Below are positions 12,663 to 24,290 of a stretch of 64,000 bases of DNA, piece by piece. A program made the position numbers and the translations under genes. Within the stretch, counting starts at the first letter, position 1. Every line of letters begins with the position of its first letter. The notes beneath the pieces were generated by a model. The model saw only the letters and a list, made by a program, of their open reading frames with translations. It searched no databases and was not told the DNA's origin. Origin of the DNA: Octopus vulgaris (lineage: Eukaryota); NCBI GenBank assembly GCA_951406725.2, contig OX597822.1:97154001-97218000 (forward strand), in the 5' to 3' direction.

Positions 12663-13003
12663 TCATCATCATCATCGTTTAACATCCGTTTTCCGCGCTA
12701 GCACGGGTTGGACGGTTTGACCGGGGTCTGGGGAGCCAGGGGCTGCTCCAGACTCCAGTCTGATCTGGCAGTGTTTCTACAGCTGGATGCCCTTCTTAAC
12801 GCCAACCACTCCGCAAGTGTAGTGGGTGCTTTTTACGTGCCACCTGCACAGGTGCCAGAGGGGTCTGGCACCGGCCACGATCGGTTGGTGCTTTTTATGT
12901 GCCACCGGCACAGAAGTCAGTCGAGGCGGGGCTGGCATCGGCCACGTTCGGATGGTGCTTTTTATGTGCCACCGGCACAGAAGCCATTCGCGGTGGGGTT
13001 GGC
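12663..13003 (-). mobile_element. SINE-like family B with 3 monomers
   Basis: (CAT)n tail on the plus strand, family core, and repeated GGTGCTTTTTAYGTGCCACC. Confidence 0.88.
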
Positions 13004-13454
13004 AATAATGAATCTTGAAAAACTAAAATTTAAAAGAGGAAATATTTTTGAATGAACTATTGTATTTTATAGCAAGCTTACGAATCCACAACTGAGCAAA
13101 ATTAGCTAAAATTACATGTGTGTGTGTGTGTGTGACAGCAGATGCAGCTGTTCTGCCCATAAATTACCCAACAGAAATGAAAATCATTTAGGCTATGTGT
13201 GAAAACATGTTACTGAAATGATACAAGTTGAAGTTGTGCCAATGAGAAGTAATGAATTTGTATCTGAGAAGAGTGTGTAAATAGTACCTGCTCAAACAAC
13301 AGCCCAAGGCACAGAAACTTAGCTATGGTGAACACTAACTGGATTTAAACATTCAACAAATGATGATGAGAGAGAACGCTGTCACTAAAATGCTTACAAA
13401 AGACAATCACAAGATATTTTACTAATTAAAAACAAAATTAACAAAACTAATACA

Positions 13455-13862
13455 TCTTTACTCTTTTACTTGTTTCAGTCATTTGACTGCAGCCATGCTG
13501 GAGCACCGCCTTTAGTCGAGCAAATCGACCCCGGGACTTATTCTTTGTAAGCCCAGTACTTATTCTATCGGCCTCTTTTGCCGAACCGCTAACTGATGGG
13601 GACGTAAACACACCAGCATCGGTTTTCAAGCAATGCTAGGGGGACAAACACAGACACACAAACATATACACACATACATATATATATATACATATATACG
13701 ACAGGCTTCTTTCAGTTTCCGTCTACCAAATCCACTCACAAGGCATTGGTCGGCCCGGGGCTATAGCAGAAGACACTTGCCCAAGATGCCACGCAGTGGG
13801 ACTGAACCCGGAACCATGTGGTTGGTTAGCAAGCTACTTACCACACAGCCACTCCTGCGCCT
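13455..13862 (-). mobile_element. SINE family C (about 400 bp, tRNA head, internal (TA)/(TG) tract)
   Basis: Head GGAGTGGCTGTGTGGTAAG..GGTTCAGTCCC, a CTTGGGCAAGT block and tail GAAACAAGTAAAAGAG. Confidence 0.9.
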
Positions 13863-14048
13863 TTAGTTAAACTTATGAGAGAATCATAAGTAAGAGGAAA
13901 CATATTGAAGATAAATGGTCTGTTTTGGTTCTGTTTGTAACAATTTCTGAAGAAGGATTCATTCTAAAACATTACCCTTCATCAGGAAATTAGCTATTCC
14001 AAGAGGGAAGAGAAAGATGGTATCAACAGCAAGAGCAACCAAAATCAT

Positions 14049-14257
14049 TCAGTGGCACATAAAAAAGCACCTGTGCCAGTGGCACATAGAAAAGCACCTG
14101 TGCCAGTGGCACATAGAAAAGCACCTGTGCCAGTGGCACATAAAAAAGCACCTGTGCCAGCGGCACATAAAAAAGCACCTGTGCCAGCGGCACATAGAAA
14201 AGCACCTGCACCAGTGGCACATAAAAAAGCACCTGTGCCAGTGGCACATAAAAAGCA
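14049..14257 (+). repeat. 27-bp tandem array at the 5' end of a family B copy (copy extends to about 14412)
   Basis: About 7.5 units of CAGTGGCACATA(A/G)AAAAGCACCTGTGC. Confidence 0.92.
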
Positions 14258-14608
14258 TCCATTACACACTTGGAATGGTTGGCGTTAGGAAGGGTATCCA
14301 CCCACAGAAACCATGCCGAACCTGACTGGAACTTGGTGCAGCTTTCCAACTCCAGTCAAACCATCTAAGCCATGCCAGCATGAAAAGCAGACACTAAATA
14401 ATGATGATGATGATGGGTTGGCTGGAACTTGGTGCAGTAAATTTTCTACAGCTGGATGCCTTTCCTGCAACCAACCCTCACTTGTTTCCAAGTAAGATAA
14501 CATCGCATGACCACATACCTTTCCAGAGAATAGTGGAAACAAGGACTTTGCTTGTATGATGGTGACACTTGTTTACAACTATCACATAAAAGTATTCTGC
14601 CAATCAAT

Positions 14609-14907
14609 CATCATCGTTTAACATCCGTTTTCCGCGCTAGCACAGGTTGGACGGTTCGACTGGGGTCTAGGAAGCCAGGAGGTTGCACCAGGCTCCAGTC
14701 TGATCTGGCAGTGTTTCTACAGCTGGATGCCCTTCCTAACGCCAACCACTCCACGAGTGTAGTGGGTGCTTTTTATGTGCCACTGGCAGCAGCCACGATC
14801 GGTTGGTGCTTTTAACGTGCCACCGGCACGGAAGCCAGTCAAGGCGGCGCTGGCATCGGCCACGTTCGGATGGTGCTTTTTACATGCCACCGGCACAGAA
14901 GCCAGTT
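14609..14907 (-). mobile_element. SINE-like family B
   Basis: 25-bp flanking duplication ACATAAAAGTATTCTGCCAATCAAT at 14584-14608 and 14920-14944. Confidence 0.88.
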
Positions 14908-15010
14908 GAATAATGTAAAACATAAAAGTATTCTGCCAATCAATAGCCCTTCAATAATAACATTTGGGAAAAAAAACAAAACATTTGCTCAAAATAATGT
15001 TTAAATATCT

Positions 15011-15370
15011 AGGTGCAAGTGTGGCTGTGTGGTACCTTGGGCAAGTTTCTTCTATAGCATTGGGCTGATAAAAGCTTTCCGAGTGGATTTGGTCTGCAAA
15101 AAGTGAAAGAGGACCATTGTGTGTACATGTGTGTGTGTAAGTATGTATGCATGTACCCACACCCCACCACCACTTCACAACTGGTGCTGTTGTGTTTACA
15201 CCCCCATAACTTAGTGGTTTGACAAAAGTGACTGATAGAGCAAGTACCAAGCTTAAAAAAAAAAAAAAAAAAAAAAAGTACTAGGGTCAATTCATTCAAC
15301 TAAAATAAAATTCTTCAGGGTAGTGCCTCAGCATGGCCAGTCTAACGAGTGAAACGGAGAAAAAGAAAAG
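15011..15370 (+). mobile_element. Diverged SINE family C
   Basis: Degenerate head, body and tail of family C. Confidence 0.7.
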
Positions 15371-16003
15371 ACAAAATAGATCTAAAGAAGTGCACCTGCA
15401 ATTTCTATCAGACAGGCTACATATATTTGAAGATAACTACACAAAGTAATGCAGGCATCATACATGTGAAGAATATTCGAAACAGAAGTCTAAAGATGGT
15501 TTTATATATTAATACAAAATACAGGAAACCTACTGAAAAGATAATCAAGATAAATTCAAATACGAAAGAACTGCATTCTTATACTGCAGCAAAGAACACT
15601 AGGCATGCAGTCAGCTTCAAGTTAGTGATTCAGTAGAATGTTATTATGATGCTAGAATTTCAAGGCCAGCTTCATGTGTAACACCACCAAGGTGAACAAA
15701 ATGAAAATCTTGTATACAAATACCACACATGATAAACATCTTACACCGCCCCATCTATGCAGTGCCATAATTTTATGTTAGTTTTGTAATATAAAACTGC
15801 TGTACAAAACCAGGATGTTTCAGCTATGTTCCGTTGATTCTGCAGAATCATAAACAATGAAATTATACCCACAGGATAAAAGAGAAAGTTTTTAAAGACT
15901 ACTTTTTAGTCAATTACATCGACTCCACTATTCAACAGGTACTTATTTAACCCTTTAGTGTTCACGTTATTCTGCCAAAATTAATGCTTTTTTTATCCAC
16001 ATT

Positions 16004-16404
16004 GCGCAGGAGTGGCTGTGTGGTAAGTAGCTTGCTAACCAACCACACGGTTCTGGGTTCAGTCCCACTGCGTGGCATCTTGGGCAAGTGCCTTCTGCTA
16101 TAGCCCTGGGCCGACCAATGCCTTGTGAGTGGATTTGGTAGACGGAAACTGAAAGAAGCCTGTTGTATATATATATATATATGTATGTATGTGTGTGTGT
16201 GTGTCTGTGTCTGTCCCCCTAGCATTGCTTGACAACCGATGCTGGTGTGTTTACGTCCCCGTCACTTAGCGGTTCGGCAAAAGAGACCGATAGAATAAGT
16301 ACTGGGCTTACAAAGAATAAGTCCCGGGGTCGATTTGCTCGACTAAAGGCGGTGCTCCAGCATGGCCGCAGTCAAATGACTGAAACAAGTAAAAGAGAGA
16401 GAGT
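16004..16404 (+). mobile_element. SINE family C inserted in a piggyBac-like MITE (about 15947-16575)
   Basis: Full-length family C copy with MITE sequence on both sides. Confidence 0.88.
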
Positions 16405-16616
16405 ATTACCTTGAACTAATCATGCATCATCTTGTAGCTTTGAAATTTTGATGAGGTAGCTGTTAATTTTTAAAACGATATTGTAGGGTTGGTGTGAGAG
16501 ACCAGATCTGGCCAGTTTGACCATAAAATAGATAGAATACTTTTGGCCGGATATGGCCAGTTTACAACCTTAAAAGGATGAAAAGCAAAACTGACCTCAG
16601 CGAAATTTGAACTCAG

Positions 16617-16851
16617 AAAATGCACCAATCCAATCGTGGCCGTTGCCAGCCTCGCCTGGCACCTGTGCAGGTGGCACATAAAAAGCACCCACTACACTCA
16701 CGGAGTGGTTGGCGTTAGGAAGGGCATCCAGCTGTAGAAACATTGCCAGATAAGACCGGAGCCTGGTGCAGCCTTCTGGCTTCCCAGATCCCCGGTCGAA
16801 CCGTCCAACCCATGCTAGCATGGAGAACGGATGTTAAACGATGATGATGAT
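16617..16851 (+). mobile_element. SINE-like family B
   Basis: Core and (GAT)n tail; subfamily carrying CCAGATAAGACCGGAG. Confidence 0.88.
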
Positions 16852-17483
16852 TACAAATCTCATATAGCCCCACTGGGGACAGAGGTGAAGTTTGAAACTC
16901 TACCCAGGTGGAAGAATATAAAAAACTGGAACCTTATTTCATAGGGTAAGTAAAATTGATTTGATGATTTAACAGATAATGAACAGTAAAAACGTGATTG
17001 CTGAGGGTGGGGCTCAGGCAATGACATTCATCCTCATTTTATACATATTTTCATTTCATTCATCATTTTTATATTTTATGTCCCTACATGTACTGTCTCT
17101 GTCTGTCCTTGTACCATCCCATCTGTGTTTTAGGCCTTTGTGACAAATAAAGAAATACTTATGTTAAAATATACACCATTTATGGGCAAGCTGTGACCTG
17201 CAGGACCATTTGAATAGCATGCCACTGTCTGATGATGAGCCATGTCTTATGCAGCCTGAATCTCAAAAAAAAAGGTTGCCCGTGCCTGACATAGTATTAC
17301 TACAGCAATCATTTAATTTTGAAAAACGTTACTTCCCTCAAATTAACACACATTTTAGCTACTTAACCCTTTAGCATTTAAACCAGCCATATCCAGCCAA
17401 AATATTCTACCTATTTTTAATTACAAATTTGCCAGATCCAGCTTCTCAAACCTATCTTCCCATGTCATTCTAAAAATAACATT

Positions 17484-17883
17484 CATCATCATCATCGTTT
17501 AACGTCTGTTCTCCATGCTAGCATGGGTTGGACAGTTCGACCGGGGATCTGGGAAGCCAGAAGGCTGCACCAGGCTCCGGTCTTATCTGGCAATGTTTCT
17601 ACAGCTGGATGCCCTTCCTAACGCCAACCACTCCGTGAGTGTAGTGGGTGCTTTTTACGTGCCACCTGCACTGGTGCCAGGCGAGGCTGGCATCGGCCAC
17701 GGTCGGATTGATGCATTTTACGTGCCACCTGCACGGAAGCCAGTTGAGGCGGCACTGGCTTCGGCCACGATTCAGGTAGTGCTTTTTACGTATCTCCAGT
17801 CCAGGGGTCCTGGCATCTGCCGGGTGCCAGTCATAGGATTGGTTCAATTTCGATTTCACTTGCCCCAACAGGTCTTCGCAAGC
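17484..17883 (-). mobile_element. SINE-like family B inserted in a piggyBac-like MITE (about 17363-17962)
   Basis: Same subfamily as 16617, with monomers and an extra 5' segment. Confidence 0.88.
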
Positions 17884-18327
17884 AATCTCAAAGTAACAAG
17901 ATAATGCATGATTAATTTAAAAGAATGTGAATAAATAAGCAGTCTGAATGCTAGAAGGTTAAATAACACTGCTGCTTTGTTGTTGCTGTGTATGGTCAAT
18001 ATGTTCCTATCTCCAATGCAATGATGCTCTGAGAGATGGAAAAAAAAAATTAGTCACAAGAACTGGAGGGCTTTTTCTAGATTAGAAAGCAAAAATTTCA
18101 AACCACTAAGATCTGAGTGGAGAAATATAAAGACCAGTTTGACAGAACATGTTTAACATAAGAACAATCAAAGTATTACATGACCATAATTTAGCAAAGA
18201 TAAAAAAGAGATATAGATTAAAACACAGTAGAACAGAGTTACTGATAGCTAAGTTTTAAAAAATGTGTGTGTGTTGAAGATTATTATTAACCAATATTCA
18301 TCGATTTACATCAAATTCATATTCAAT

Positions 18328-18726
18328 AGGTGCAGGAGTGGCTGTGTGGTAAGTAGCTTGTTTACCAAAACACAGTTCCGGGTTCAGTCCCACTGCGTGG
18401 CACCTTGGGCAAGTGTCTTCTACTATAGCCTCGGGCCGACCAAAGCCTTGTGAGTGGATTTGGTAGACGGAAACTGAAAGAAGTCCGTCATATATATATA
18501 TATATATATATATGCGTATGTGTGTGTGTGTCTGTGTTTGACCCCTAGCATTGCTTGACAACCGATGCTGGTGTGTCTATGTCCCCATTACTTAGCAGTT
18601 CAGCAAAAGAGGCCGATAGAATAAGTACTGGGCTTACAAAAGAATAAGTCCCGGGGTCGAGTTGCTCGATTAAAGGCAGTGCTCCAGCATGGCCGCAGTC
18701 ATATGACTGAAACAAGTAAAAGAGTA
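18328..18726 (+). mobile_element. SINE family C
   Basis: Full-length copy. Confidence 0.9.
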
Positions 18727-18850
18727 TTTAATATCCATTTTTCCATGCTAGAACAGGTAGGACTGAAATTTATTTGAAGGCAGAATTTTAGTTGGATGTT
18801 CTTCCTGTCACCCACCCGTACCTGCTTTTCAAGAAATATATTTCTTTTAT

Positions 18851-19084
18851 AAACAACTGCAGTGTGGAAGGTGTTTATAAGCCATTTAAGAAACACACAA
18901 AACTGTTAGATTCACTTCAACATTTAAATTTAATTTGTCAAAATATTTTTGTCGCTTTGAGACCGTGACCTGTTCACTGACAAAGCTTCGTGCTGCATCC
19001 TATAAACACCTTCCATGCTGCAATTGTTTTCGTTCCAGCACACGATCTCAGATCAAGTCACTCACTATGCAAGTACATCTCCGT
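18851..19084. mobile_element. Second copy of the 6047 Penelope-like element, right arm mostly absent
   Basis: Shares the left arm and 3' tail (CAGCACACGATCTCAGATCA..GTACATCTCCGT) with 6047-6379. Confidence 0.75.
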
Positions 19085-20100
19085 ATTTCTTTTATTCTAC
19101 AGGTCTTTTAAAACTCAAAGCAACTGATCATAATGTCAACAAGAATGTATCAGCATTCGACACAGGGAGTGACAAGCAAAACTATGAGATGTGCACATTC
19201 TTGGACACGGACACACAAGCTTCCTACAATTCCTACCAACCAAATAAGGAATAGAAGATATTTGCCCAAGGTGTTGAGCAGTAGGATTGAACCCAAAACC
19301 ACATAGTTATGAAGCAAACTACATAAATACACCAACAGTTTTTAGCTTCTATTTCAACAGCAAGCAAAACTGCAACATCTTCAATGATTCTTCATCTCTT
19401 TTCCTATGTCGATATGGATTAATAAATAAGCTTTGTCCAAAGCTAATGGCAAGGGGGTAAGTCTAGGAGACATAAAAGAGGTTTGTAATTTCAAATCAAC
19501 AGATACAAAAGCAACAAAAACATTAGAAAGTAATTATTTTTAATCTACCACTATTAGGCAGCCATCAAAGCTATGAGACTTATTCCAGATACTAACCCGA
19601 TGGTGACACATGTATAGTTAGCACTATCTGAAAATATTCAGTACTCATTTAAAAATACTTAACCCTTTTATGACCATAATATCAATTGAATAACTGGCCA
19701 TAAACTCGCATTACCTTTGAAAATAATTAAGACTTCCATCAAAATAATTTTCATTTTAGTTACTAAAATTATGAAACTTTTTTAATTCAAATATGGACAG
19801 CTCTGGTCAAACCACCCAAACCACGCCAGCATAGACAACAGACATTAAATGATGGACATTTTAAGATGAGAGATTTTGTGAGATGGAACCTACATGTACT
19901 GATACTATCGTCCTGTATGCAAGTGGTAAATGAAATTAATAGTGAAAAAAACCCAGAAAACTATGGTATGATCCACTGGTTTCGCAAAGATCATGGAAGG
20001 CAGAAGGAGAAGTGGATAAAAGAAAAGATGCTTGGACAATGTTAAAGAATAGAAAAGTAAAATCATAAATGCAAACCTCAGTTCTAGCATTCTGCTGCAA

Positions 20101-20357
20101 CATCATCAGCATCATCGTTTAACGTCCGTTCTCCATGCTAGCATGGGTTGGATGGTTCGACCGGGAATCTGGGAAGCCAGAAGGCTGCACCAGGCTCCGG
20201 TCTTATCTGGCAATGTTTCTACAGCTGGATGCCCTTCCTAACGCCAACCACTCTGTGAGTGTAGTGGGTGCATTTTACGTGCAACCGGCACGGAAGCCAG
20301 TCGAGGCGGCACTGGCTTCAGCCACGATTCGGATGGTGCTTTTTACATGCCACCGAC
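20101..20357 (-). mobile_element. SINE-like family B
   Basis: Core with two monomer motifs. Confidence 0.88.
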
Positions 20358-20586
20358 AGATGAAGTAAAACTGTCATGATGGCACTCGCCCAACTCCAAC
20401 ATGAAATGAAGGCTTTAAGCAAGTAGGCAATTTACATCATTTTAATGCTTACTTATTGGATGCTAGTAGTAATTAGACAAGGCTTATTGAGGCAGTTTTT
20501 CTACAGCTAGATGCCTTAACTGTTCCAAACCTATGTTTCCAAATAAGATACCTATTCCCTTGGGTACCCAACAGCCAAGACAAACT

Positions 20587-20814
20587 TTAACCCTTTCGTT
20601 ACTGTATTTATTTTGGGATGCTCTGTGTTTCTCTCAATTATTTTAGATATAACAAAGAATTTTGTAAAATAACTTCGTTATCATTAAGCTGGTGTTAGGA
20701 ACATAAATTGTGACTAAGGTTTGGTGGAAGATTTTAATTCAAAACTTATGAAAACAAGACATTTGTACTCAGAGCCAGAGGCGGTTTCAGCCAGGTTGGT
20801 AACGAAAGGGTTAA
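20587..20814. mobile_element. piggyBac-like MITE, second family
   Basis: TTAA-CCCTTTCGTTAC ... GTAACGAAAGGG-TTAA. Related copy at about 60431-60640. Confidence 0.85.
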
Positions 20815-21928
20815 CAGCAAATGTAAACAATGACAGTCTATTGTTTACATGGTGATATTGTTTATATGGTGTGATGTAAAGAAAAACATAAGCCAAGGAA
20901 ATATTTTCATTTTACTAGCAAGCAGGGGCAACTTAGGTTTCGGTCTTATTCTAACCTCATCACTTGCTGAAGAAATAGTAATAAAATGACTCACCCAATG
21001 AATGTGCGATTTGCTGTTGGTAAGTAAGATTTAGAAGATATTTATTAGAACTGTTTGATTTCTGTAAAATAATGCTTTCATGTGAAGAAATAGAACCTAT
21101 CTGACGAAACACAAAAATAATGCACAAGTTACTTAAATAGTACCAAATATAACCATGATCTGACAAATTTCCTTATATTTGGAGACAGAAAATGATAGAT
21201 GAAACAATCTAGTAGAAATACTAGTTGAATTTTTTTATTACAAACAAAAAGTATGTATTTTCCACATATTGATTCCTAACTTTGTTATAAAGAAACCTCC
21301 CCCCCCCCCACCTCCGGAGTAGATATAGTTGATTAAGCTGATTACTACTTTATTTTAGAGACCACAAAGCGAAAGTCAAAGTCAATGGATCTAATCCCCA
21401 CAAGGCATTTTTTCTTTTTGTACCAATACTAATGGTTCGGCCCATCCATCAATGTACACCTGCTCCAAATATTTAAGATACAACAAAATTAAGAAGGAAT
21501 TATGCAGGTAAAATACAACTACCACGGTCATCACCTCACAGCAATACACTGCTATTTTTACAATCGACAATTAATTAGCTCCACATTTCTTATTCAACAA
21601 CTATTTTTGGTGAATGGGTGTTAAAATTAAATATATCACATGCCAGTTTGAGAATGAAATGCTGACTCAATTCATTCAATGTCCAAATTGTGCTTTTTGT
21701 TGTAGCTAATGATAAGACACACACACAAAACTACCACCACCACTGTCATCAACATCGTTTTAATGCCAGTTCAGGCCAACAACTTGCAACACAAAACTTT
21801 AAATACATTATAATAATGGTTTTAGACATTTTCTAAATTGGTACTCTTCCTTTTCTATATTTAAGAATTAAAACCAGTGACAAGCTAGCATCAGTCTTGA
21901 ATAACAACTGAAAGTAAAGATACAAAAA

Positions 21929-22381
21929 TCATCATCATCATCGTTTAACGTCTGTTCTCCATGCTAGCATGGGTTGGACGGTTCGACCGGGGATCTGGGA
22001 AGCCAGGAGGCTGCACCAGGCTCCGGTCTTATCTGGCAATGTTTCTACAGCTGGATGCTCTTCCTAACGCCAACCACTCCGTGAGTGTAGTGGGTGCTTT
22101 TTACGTGCCACCTGCACTGGAGCCAGGCGAGGCTGGCATCGGCCACGGTCGGATTGGTGCATTTTACGTGCCACCTACACGGAAGCCAGTCGAGGCGGCT
22201 CTGGCTTTGGCCACAATTCGGATGGTGCTTTTTACGTGCCACCGACATGGAAGCCAGTCGAGGCGGCGCTGGCATCGGCCACAATTCGGATAGTGCTTTT
22301 TACGTATCTCCAGTCCAGGGGTCCTGGCATCTGCCAGGTGCCAGTCATAGGATTGGTTCAATTTCGATTCCGATTTCGATT
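21929..22381 (-). mobile_element. SINE-like family B with 4 monomer motifs
   Basis: Same subfamily and 5' extension as 17484. Confidence 0.88.
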
Positions 22382-23738
22382 CTAAAACTAAATCACGAAA
22401 ATTAACTTGGTTAATACTCTGAGTACAAACTATCTAGGTAATGGAGTTTCTCACAGGAGATGGAGATAACCTCTAAATCTAATAAAGAGGACGGAAAAGA
22501 AGGCAAATTACCATGTTTAATATAGTAAAATTAAGATGTTTGTAGCAGTAAACTATTAAATTTATTCAATAACAGGGCAAGGGTTGCTACATAAGTGCAG
22601 GTATGGCTGTGTGGTAAGAAGCTTGCTTCACAATCACATGGTTCCGGGTTCAGTTCCAATGTGTGACACCTTGAGCAAGTGTTTTCTATTATAGCCTCAG
22701 GTTAACCAAAGACTTGCGAGTGGATTTGGTGGATAGAAACTGAAAAAGGGTTGTTTTGTGTGTGTGTGTGTGTGTGTGTTTTCGTCCCCCACTACCTATT
22801 TCTTTATTACCCACAAGGGGCTAAACACAGAGGGGACAAACAAGGACAGACATAGGTATTAAGTCGATTACATCGACCCCAGTGCGTAACTACTATCAAT
22901 AAAGAAGTGCAGGTGGAAAGCAAAAAATTATGATTATTTTTGTCGAAGGGGCCTAAAATTTGGCAGTTTGAGAACTCATAATGAAAATATATAGTGATGG
23001 GTCTTGGGTCCTCACTAAGAATTTGCAACCCTTAACAACACTAAAGGGCAGGTGTAGCTCACAAGACAGAAGCTACAAGGTCTTTACTGGCTGAGAGAGA
23101 GAGAGTGTGTATTACATTCATGTGCCAGTGAATGATCAATCAATGATATATAGGATATTGATTGATTGTTGTTACGTAATATTTTCATTCTTGTCACAAT
23201 GAACACTAGTTTAGCATTCTATTCTGCCATAAGAATAGAGGATGGCATTAATTCTAATACAATGACACAAATTCCAATTTCCCACAATGCTTTCTAAATA
23301 TTTGTAGTTTATTTTTCAATTTATTTATTTCATAATCAGGAGGGGAAGCAGTTAGGGTTCTAAAACTGGCATAAAGAGGGAGTTATCCTTACATCAGACA
23401 CCTAACTTAAAAGCTTGCATAATTCATAAAAAGACCTGAGGTCCCAGGTGATGATGTTAAAATAGGCAACAGATTAACGTCTATGTCTCAGGGAAGCTAT
23501 GGCAGGATTTGAACGTGTGAGGGAAAGAACTGGAACAAATATCACAATGCATCCAGTCCAAAGCTTTTAAATTTTCAAGAATCCAATACTCAGAATTGGA
23601 ACATTTTTACAGACCCTGAAAGGGCAAAAAGTAAAGTTGACCTCAGCTGGACTCGAACTCAGAGTGCAGACAGTTGGAATAAATAGTATCCAATGCTCTA
23701 ATGGCTGCCAATTTGCAGCCTCAGTAGTTGCTAGAATC

Positions 23739-24290
23739 ACTGTGTCCATTAGAACCTTCGAACAAGGGAGGTCAGCCGCTTCACACTGCTAGTCAGACAG
23801 CTACAGACGCGTTTCAGTTTGTGTGTCATATAGCTATCTTAAGGCGATGGCCTCATGGAGCTAATCAGCGACAGCTTTTAGTCTTATATCTATAAGATTG
23901 CCATATTAATATGGCGATAACAATTATTTTCCAGTAACGCTGTTGTAATCTCTTTTAGAGAGACTTAGTAATTTTAATATTTCTATTATTGAAAACAAGT
24001 GGATGTATTTCACCGAAAATAGGTAAATAGAACCTTCGAACAGAGACGATCAGTGGCGACACCTGCTGAGTCAACTACGCTACATTGACAAGGGGCAAAT
24101 ACCCTGAAACGCGTCTGTAGCTGTCGGACTGGCAGTGTGAAGCGGCTGACCTCCCTTGTTCGAAGGTTATAATGGACACAGTTTGTGTGTCAAATAGCTA
24201 TCTTAAGGCGATGGCCTCATGGAGCTAATCAGTGACAGCTTTTAGTCTTATATCTATAAGACTGCCATATTAATATGGCGATAACAATTA
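23739..24290 (+). mobile_element. Penelope-like element with inverted plus direct terminal repeats
   Basis: Inverted repeat 23739-23817 vs 24104-24182. Direct repeat 23815-23926 vs 24179-24290. Hammerhead motif at 24079-24121. Confidence 0.75.
24079..24121 (+). ncRNA. Minimal type I hammerhead-ribozyme-like motif, U3-A8 core variant
   Basis: GCTACA-TTGACAA-GGGG-caaata-CCCT-GAAA-CGCG-T-C-TGTAGC. Helix I 6 bp, helix II 4 bp, palindromic helix III, GUC cleavage triplet. Confidence 0.65.

Noticed and set aside
12825-12975. CRISPR-like pattern of a conserved 20-nt motif with roughly 42-47-nt spacers
   Set aside because: The spacers are homologous to each other, the pattern lies inside a eukaryotic retroposon, and there are no cas genes.
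19960-20050. Possible host exon
   Set aside because: It resembles a decayed RTE-LINE C-terminus (EGRRRSG*KKRCLDNVKE) with stops and is too short to annotate confidently.
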